From Utricularia gibba (Eukaryota > Plantae > Magnoliophyta), in contig CM007991.1 of NCBI GenBank assembly GCA_002189035.1, positions 1,302,001 through 1,366,000 on the forward strand: a stretch of DNA of 64,000 bases, written 5' to 3'. Position numbers and translations under genes: made by a program. Under the pieces are notes generated by a model. It was not told where the DNA came from and did not search any database. It saw nothing but the letters and a program-made list of their open reading frames with translations. Positions 56,338-64,000 of the stretch are shown piece after piece. Position 1 is the stretch's first letter; each line of letters starts with the position of its first letter.

Positions 56338-57336
56338 ATGTCAGTAGTCGCCGGCGACCTCGGAGTTTCCTTGTTGCATGAAGATTTACTGAAGTTCCAA
56401 ATCCTCAGCCGGTTGGATGGTGTTTCTCTCTGTTCCGCCGCCTCCTGCTCCACCGTCCTCCGCGGTGTCTCCAAGGACGATGATATCTGGTTCAAGATTT
56501 GCAGCTCGAATTGGCCCTCCATCTCCTCCCCGCTTCTTTCTCAACACGTTTCAAACTTCCCCTGCGGCGGCCCCCGCGCCTTCTTCTCCAATGCGTTCCC
56601 CATCTCAGCCACAGAATTCGACAGTCCAACAGGTTTACTAATGAGAACGCCGCCGCCGATGCTGATCTCCGCCGTGGATGTGTTTTTAGATGGGAAATTG
56701 ATATTCACGAGAACCCGAGAGATGGAAACCGCCACGGATTGGTTCCGGTGCTCTCCTTTCAGAATTGATCTTCTCGAGCCGAAAGAAGTTATTCCAATGG
56801 GAATCAAGAGTCCTGAGCCAGGGAAAGGAGACGATTTTATTGAGATCATGAAAGGTCTAAGTTTGAGTTGGATTCTGATCGACCCAATCAACCGCAAAGT
56901 CGTCAATCTTTCCTCTCACATGCCTTTGAAGGTAGAGCGCCACTGGCTGACGGAGGAAATACACGTTGGTTACGCGTCGATACTCGCCGGAAAAAATCAA
57001 GCGATGTGTGACATAAATTTCACGTGCGCGGCGTCAGAGGAAGGGGAAATGCAAGTGAAGGAGGTGAGCTTGGAGATGCAGGATACGGATAGAAAATATC
57101 TCAACGGGAAGGACAGCTTGGTCTTTTTACAAGGAGCATTGGAGGGTAAAAAGGGAACTGGTAGAAATAGAGTCGAAGAAGCGCGGCGGAGGATGCGTGA
57201 GTACGACCAGAGACGGCGCCGGAGAGAGCAGCACGCCCTCAGGGTAGAACAGTCATTAGACACCTTCTGCTTGACGACGGCGTCAATACTTTTCGTACTT
57301 ACCATCTACTTCATTTTTAAATTCATTTTGAGATAA
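56338..57336 (+). CDS. Intronless F-box-like protein with C-terminal transmembrane segment (At2g36090-like)
   Basis: EDLLKFQILSRLDGVSL, LISAVDV, WFRCSPFRIDLL, LSWILIDP, VNLSS and LNGKDSLVFLQGALEG, with a hydrophobic C-terminal tail. Confidence 0.88.
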   Translation: MSVVAGDLGVSLLHEDLLKFQILSRLDGVSLCSAASCSTVLRGVSKDDDIWFKICSSNWPSISSPLLSQHVSNFPCGGPRAFFSNAFPISATEFDSPTGLLMRTPPPMLISAVDVFLDGKLIFTRTREMETATDWFRCSPFRIDLLEPKEVIPMGIKSPEPGKGDDFIEIMKGLSLSWILIDPINRKVVNLSSHMPLKVERHWLTEEIHVGYASILAGKNQAMCDINFTCAASEEGEMQVKEVSLEMQDTDRKYLNGKDSLVFLQGALEGKKGTGRNRVEEARRRMREYDQRRRRREQHALRVEQSLDTFCLTTASILFVLTIYFIFKFILR

Positions 57337-57613
57337 CAAAAGTGAATGTACCAATTTGCCCAAGCCATTTCCAAAAAGCAAATCAACATTTGGTTGCCTG
57401 GATGGGTAAAATGGACAGAATAAAAAAGCAAGAAAAATCTTACATCGTTGCCATTATTATGAGTCGAAGAGTTTTGATTCGATTCAATATAAATTCATAA
57501 TTTTTTATTCGATTAAGGTAATTATTTTTATTTAATATTTTGATAATTAATTAAACTTGATCATTTAATGGAAAATTTATTGACTAAAATTTTTTAATAA
57601 AGTTAACCTCAAT

Positions 57614-58752
57614 TTATCTCAAACGTTTATCATCCAGGAAGCCAAGATCTGGAACCCTAAAGCCATGATCAGGGAGGTCGATTGGATGTACCCTGTTCTG
57701 GATTCTCAACGGTAGGAATGGGCAGCGCTGCTCGGATTCAGAGATTGGGAGGGATTTGGGAAGCTTCTGGATTGATTTTTGGGAGTGAGTGAAGAGAGGA
57801 ACCATGGGATAATACCAAGAAAGCCTCCGAGGTTCTGATCGCTCCTGTTCGCTCATCCGCCATTGAGGACAACTGCGTTGCCTCGCAGTGTTGGTGCTTT
57901 TCTTCCCCTGTCTCGTCCTCTTCTTCTTCGTGTTCTTGCAACAGCGCTGAAGCCCAGAGAAGGAATGAACACCGAATAGCTTTCCTGATGCCATCCAAAA
58001 CTGAAACCTTTTGAAGGGCATGGAATGGTCAGAAGTCAAAACAAGTGTAGCTGACATCTGCTGTGCACAGAGGGAAAAAATGGTATGAAGATCAAAAAAT
58101 ATCCAACAATAGACTGCACAAACTTCCAAAGGCAATGTTCTTGGTTTTCTAGAATTGAGGACTTGGCAGTTTGATTTTGGAGGGGTGAGTTTTGATTACA
58201 TAGCCAAACACCCTTGATGACAAGAGATACTACACTGGGTGCTAGCTAAGCTACCTACTTATCTACTAGTGGTGTTAAGATTGTGCCCCAGAAAAATGCT
58301 TCCAGAGCTGCAAGAATCGGTGGCCACACAATCAAGACCCTAATTCACTAGCGAAGAAAGATCTGCATGTTTTTTCTTATTTGTCTCCTCAATTACACAC
58401 AACAAAGTAGGGAGCTTGGAGTCTGATTTCACCCCACAAATCGTTCTGATCGCATCCTCAAAGAACCACGAGTCTAAGGAAACGTTGTTCCTACGATATC
58501 TCCTCCCAGAGCCCTGAGTCCCGGGGGCCCTACCCTTTTGCCCACGGTGCCAAGCCATCTGAATACCACATTGAAAAGATAAACTTACACCCACTGAAGC
58601 CAATGACCAACAATGAATCGAAGTCGCATGGGTTTCTCAAACGACATCTTGTCACCCGCGAAGCGACAAGCTTCATTAACTTCAAGAATCTGAAGCCATG
58701 CTTGGCGATAGGAACTTCCAGAAGTTGCATTAAAGAAACTTCTTAAATTCAT
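57614..58752 (-). pseudogene. Possible degraded gene of unknown identity
   Basis: Coding-like frames bounded by plausible splice sites (MNLRSFFN...VGHWLQW; MAWHRG...; acidic QEHEEEEDETGEE), but no continuous model and no confident family. Confidence 0.22.
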
Positions 58753-59431
58753 GAAAACTTACGATGCCCCCAGAAGAATCTACACTAGGCACTGCGTGGC
58801 AGGAATAGCCTGCCTTGCCTTCAAAGGCAAGATCTGGAAATATTGACTCTTGCTAGCATTACTAGAAGTAGGGATGCTTGGGAGCAAAAGTCCTGATAAT
58901 GGTTGAAGTTATCCAGATTGTCTTGCTGGGCATCAACTTGTCTCCATATTGCGTATCAAAATTGACACTAGGGATCAGTCTTAGTTGAATACTAGATGCA
59001 GATTTTATGGCTTCAGTGTTCTTTGGGGTTTACAGCTCTAGTATGAAACAAAATATGCTGTTTTGGCCCTTACCTCATGTCTTCAGAGACGTTTGTATCG
59101 AACTCTGATCGACCAAAAACCAGTTGATTCTACTGTTCAAAACATAAACAAATTCATTATGTGGAAAAATTGAAAATTTAATAGGTTTTAAGAGAGGCAC
59201 ATGTCAAAGATACAATCCTATTCTACAAGTACAATTACAGCATCTTGTATTACTATTCCAATGTGATGATGTCATGCATTGGTCCCCATGTAAGAAGCAA
59301 GCATAGTGTACGGCGTGCCCAAGCGAGACAAAGCTATGGCTGGAACCATCTATATATACACAAAGGCATTATGGTGTACATTTGCCCACTTCCATGTCGG
59401 GCAATCGAGTTTGGAGCACTTGAAGGGGAGA

Positions 59432-60534
59432 ATGGGAATCGGAAAGTTTTCATTCCTGGCTCTGAGGCCAAGAAGACGGGGCCCCACCGTGATGCCGCCG
59501 CCGTCGGAGACCAAGACCAGGCTCGGTGATCTGCCGGAGAGTTGCATGGCGGAGGTGATGATGCACTTGGATCCGCCTCAGGTGTGCCGTCTAGCCATGG
59601 TGAGCAGGGCGTTCAGGAGAGCATCCGACGCAGATTACGTCTGGAAATCGAAGCTTCCGATTAACCATGGAGATGTTATCGATAGGGTGTTTAAGGAAGA
59701 TGAGTTTGTTTGGAAAGGATCGTGCAAAAGGGACATCTATTCTAAGCTTTGTACCCCAAAGTTCTTTGACGATGGAACCAAGGTTAGGGCTCGCTAAACA
59801 CCATCACTTTCAGACTTGGTGTCATAGTTCTTGCAATTTTGATTTTGTGCACAACTTGATCGTGCAGAAAGTTTGGCTAGACAGGAGCACCGGCAAGACA
59901 TGCATGCTGGTATCATCAATCGGATTATCCATTACCGGAGTTGACGATCCGCGATATTGGTCTCGCATTCCTACCAATGAATCAATGTAAGCTTATATGC
60001 ATGTGAAGCCATACCCCCTTACTGAGTCAATATCATAGAAATGAAATTGGGAAAGAAATATTTTTGTGTTCAGAGTTATGACTGGTGTGCAGTTGTGTTT
60101 CCAGTTTCTCAAGTGTGGCATATCTCCGGCAAATATGGTGGTTTGAAGTTGATGGGGAGATTGAGTTCCCCTTTCCCCCTGGATCCTACAGCCTCTTCTT
60201 CAGAATACAATTGGGAAGATCCCACCGGAGAAGCTTCGGCCGACGCAGTTGCAGATCGGAGAATGTTCACGGCTGGGAGCAGAAGCCCGTCATATTCCAG
60301 GTTTCTACCCAAGAAGGTCAAGCAACAACAAGACAGTGCTACTTGAAGGAGGAGCCTGGGAAATGGATTCACTGCCATGCAGGCGACTTCTCCGCCGCAG
60401 ATCCGTCTTCCGGATCAACGAAGATCAAGTTCTCGATGACGCAGACGGATTGCACGCATACAAAAGGCGGGCTGTGTGTAGATTCTGTAGTGATTTGTCC
60501 ACGTGAGAACAGGGAAATGTTGGAGTGCATTTGA
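59432..60534 (+). CDS. F-box/phloem protein 2 (PP2-A11/12/13-like)
   Basis: Exons 59432-59782, 59868-59986, 60105-60534. F-box LGDLPESCMAEVMMHLDPPQVCRLA; PP2 domain ITGVDDPRYW, QIWWFEVDG, VHGWEQKPV and DCTHTKGGLCVDSV. Confidence 0.92.
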
Positions 60535-62332
60535 TTCAACACAAAGTCATTCCCATTTGGATGTCAGCGGAAACAGTAGATCATAGACTTTGGAATGTAT
60601 AGATGTCCATTTTTTCCGCTCAATATGTCAAATCAGTCGTGGAAGTATAGAGAAGAGGGTTGAAAACTGGCAAGGGCTTATGGCAGATATTGTTGGAAGA
60701 GAGAAAATAAAGAAACTATCGAATTAAGATCTTGACGAATCCATGTATGTGGAATCCATTCACTTTCATTATGACTGAATTAATGCTGCGACATTTTGAG
60801 CATTATTTAGACAACTGTTTGTTAGTTTTGAGGACGAGGTTGTCACGAAATTGCTGGAATCGACTTTGTGATTATGTGGTGAATTTGCATGAAATCATTG
60901 TTGTGGCCGCATTTTACATTTTCTGCAGACGAGAGCAGAGATGACAGATCATAAAAAGAGAAGCCAAAAGGGGAACCAAAAAGCTGCTGCAAGCAATTCT
61001 ATTTATTCACCAGCCTTTTGTTGCTGCATTTTTATCCTCACTAAGTGACAAATAGGCTGCAAAAATGATGAAGAGAATGAAGATAAAGATGGGAGGAAAG
61101 GGACAACTTTTTCCACGCTGATCAAGCAAAGATGCAAGAAGGGGACCAGAGTTCCATTTTTTGAAGAGAGAACGACCGTGGCAAATCAGTGAGCTCCACA
61201 GCTTCAGCTCCTGATCGGGCGCTGGAGTCTGGAGAAGACATTGGAACATTGTTTTTCGTTTACTGCTTTATTCACTATCCCCTCCATCAATGCTAACTTG
61301 CAAGCTCGTTTAGGGTAAAAAAGAAGAATCATTAAACCAGACCAAGAATAACTGTGAGACGTTTTCTCGTGAATCCCAAAGACAACTTTAACGTGCTAAG
61401 GAATCTGATGAATTCAATTCAATAATGTGCCTCAGAATGCACCCACTTTACACTTAACTAGAAAAATAATTGGGTTTAAGACAAGGAACAATACCTAATT
61501 ACGCTTGCAGTTCTTCTACTGCTTGCATTATGCAATTCACTTTTCACCGTAGATGGGCTTAAAGTCTTTAACGGCTATTAATTTCCTATAGGAACCTGAC
61601 AGGGGACAATCATAACCATGAAAAAAAAAAAAACCTCCACATGAGAGAAGAGTGAATGGCCGAGGAGTTGGTTGTGCTCAGGTGGAAAACAGGATGCGGA
61701 AATGCTTTAGCTCGCCTGCTCTGTGGACATTCCCACCTTCAATAACGTTGGTCTAAATTCCTTGTTTCTTCTGTTCTTTTGCGCTCTGGACAAGAAACAA
61801 AACCCCAATGCTCTATCGGATTTTACTATGCATTATGAACAAAAAGCATGCTAGATCACTGTTGATGTTTTGCCCAGTTTGATCAAATATGGGTGACTAT
61901 CCGCGAAGTTTCTGAAGCAAGCAGTCGAATTTCATCATGGGGCAGCATCGTTTTCAGCTAGGGTGTGTTATGAGTTATATCCACTTCCATGCTTCAAAAG
62001 CAAGCTCCATTGAATCAATGCACCGTTTTGTTGGTGCAACTATGCCCCTACTGATAATCAATATACTATGTTTATCGAATTTAACAGAATAAAAATATTA
62101 TTTCACCCTATTCCAACAGATCACAGCTTGCTCCACATTTATTGCCACCACCACCCCTCCATGTGAGAGGCTATACATGAAGCTGCGTTTCGCCTTTCCT
62201 TTCCACACACCACCGAATTTAGTCTTCTCTCCAAAATGGTCACTGCACTTCACTTTTCATAGGGCTGTTTATTTTTTAAGAAAAAGGACTCCTTTTTGAA
62301 CTTGGGGCTTGGAAAGGTCGCAATTTGGGAGC

Positions 62333-64000
62333 ATGGGTTTTGCGCCGTGGAGACTCGGGTGCGCTTGGATTTTCGTGTTTCTTGGCTTCTGTTCGTCTTC
62401 TGAGCAAGGTAACTCTTTCTTTCTGGTGTAATGCGGTACTGGTTACCCTTTTATCAGAAAACAATGAGTTTATCTGAACAATTGCAGTCGAGATGTCTGG
62501 GTAAGGGGAGTCATATGATCATTTCAAACAGACATTTTGTCGAACACGTTTTGTCGCATACCATTCATCTTTGCATATTTCGTCTTCCAAAAAAAAAATA
62601 ATTAATTGTACAAAAAAACGTTAGGGTTTGAAATGTCGATCACTGATTGGGTGAATTTTGCTTGTCTGAGAAAGCGTGTGATTACCGGCGGTTACGTGTC
62701 GGTTGACGTTTCCGGCCTGAGAAAGTGGGGTTTGTGTAGGCGTTTAGTTTTAAAATTTGTATTTTTTTATAAAATATTAATATTTATAAGAAGGGAATAT
62801 TTTATTTTATTCATCACCAGCGACCAATTTCAAATTCGTTCGGGAAGCCACGTCAGCTCCACGGGTATCATACTACGACTACATCATAGTGGGCGGCGGA
62901 ACCGCCGGCTGCCCACTCGCCGCGACGCTATCGCAACGCGCCAGCGTCCTTCTACTCGAGCGTGGTGGTTCTCCCTACGGCAATCCGAATATCACGGATC
63001 TCGCCGCCTTCGGACAAGCGCTTTCCGATCTCTCCGCCTCGTCGCCGTCACAGCAATTTGTGTCTGAAGACGGCGTGATCAACGCACGGGCGAGAGTGCT
63101 CGGCGGCGGAAGTAGTATTAACGCCGGGTTCTACTCACGCGCTGATCCGGAATTTATCGACACCGTGGGATGGGATAAAGAAAGCGTCAGGGAGTCTTAC
63201 GAGTGGGTGGAAAAGATGGTGGCGTTTAAACCGGAGGTGAAACAATGGCAATCTGCGGTGAGAGATGGACTGCTGGAGATCGGGATTGGGCCGTACAACG
63301 GCTTTACATACGATCATGTCACCGGAACCAAGATCGGGGGCACGATCTTCGACATTGATGGACACCGCCACACGGCGGCGGATCTATTGAAATACGCCAA
63401 TCCCAAGAGGCTGCGTGTCTTGTTGCAAGCTTCTGTTCATAAAATTCTCTTCATCCAAAAAGGTATGCTTGTCAATACAACAGGGTGACCAATTTGAACT
63501 GAGAAATTGACCAGCGAGCTTCAATCTCATTCCCCACACAGGGAGAACCAGACCCAAGGCTTATGGAGTTGCATTCAGAGATGCCAGGGGAAAGATGCAC
63601 AAGGCTTACTTAAAACCGTATGGTAATTCTAATCTTCCTTATTGAAGTGAAACTCGTTGAATTCAGTAGTTGCAGAGTAAGTTTCAATGTCGTTTTTCTG
63701 CTAAGTTCATTTATAATCTGGATGTGTAACAGATAAAAACGAAGTGATATTGTCTGCCGGAGCTCTTGGGAGCCCACAGCTTCTGATGCTGAGTGGAATA
63801 GGCCCCTGGAGCCATCTTCAAGCACTGAACATAAGCTTGGTATTGAACCAGCCATTGTTGGGGCAGGGCATGTCTGATAACCCCATGAATGCAATCTTCG
63901 TCCCATCTCCGGCATCCGTGGAGTTGTCGCTGATCACGGTAGTCGGAATCACCTCATTCGGAAGCTACATAGAAGCGGCGTCCGGAGAAAATTTCTCCGG
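62333..64000 (+). CDS. HOTHEAD-like GMC oxidoreductase (partial, runs off the window)
   Basis: Signal-peptide exon 62333-62408, exons 62821-63462, 63542-63622 and 63733-end. YDYIIVGGGTAGCPLAATLS, RARVLGGGSSINAGFY, RHTAADLL, VILSAGALGSPQLLMLSGIG and DNPMN. Confidence 0.93.

Noticed and set aside
61007-61249. 80-aa minus-strand ORF with a hydrophobic segment
   Set aside because: The hydrophobic run derives from a GA-rich low-complexity tract; no family motif or promoter evidence.
62236-62262. 8-codon upstream ORF before the HOTHEAD-like start
   Set aside because: Too short to assess, and it is unknown whether it lies within the transcript.

Overview
Gene-dense eudicot plant nuclear DNA: about 23 recognisable protein-coding genes in 64 kb, many introns only 60-120 nt, and no RNA genes, CRISPR or intact transposon. 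In order: uncharacterised plastid protein, ACR10-like ACT protein, SF3A2, tandem-PHD/GNAT chromatin protein, plastid UMP kinase, PLS-E PPR, CYP76A26-like P450 (candidate iridoid oxidase), cytosolic aldolase, TRM-like protein, DUF662 golgin, GRF with miR396 site, KIPK-like kinase, MDAR, LITTLE ZIPPER, a degraded RCE1/FACE2 pseudogene, MAGL-type hydrolase, cell-wall invertase with the 9-nt DPN mini-exon, RPS14, uncharacterised plastid protein, cyclophilin CYP18-2, two F-box genes and a HOTHEAD-like GMC oxidoreductase cut by the window end. Gene order resembles the Arabidopsis At2g36xxx/At3g52xxx block (recalled, not searched). Most notable observations: (1) five conserved genes each lack exactly one base in a G/C run, pointing to systematic assembly error rather than gene loss; (2) a spliced small ORF with one in-frame TGA ends 67-85 nt before the PPR start, suggesting a uORF or dicistronic unit; (3) an iridoid-oxidase-like P450 with an upstream G-box; (4) a true RCE1 pseudogene; (5) speculative hidden genes, including a CLE-like peptide candidate. 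All identifications come from manual translation and remembered homologues; no searches were run.
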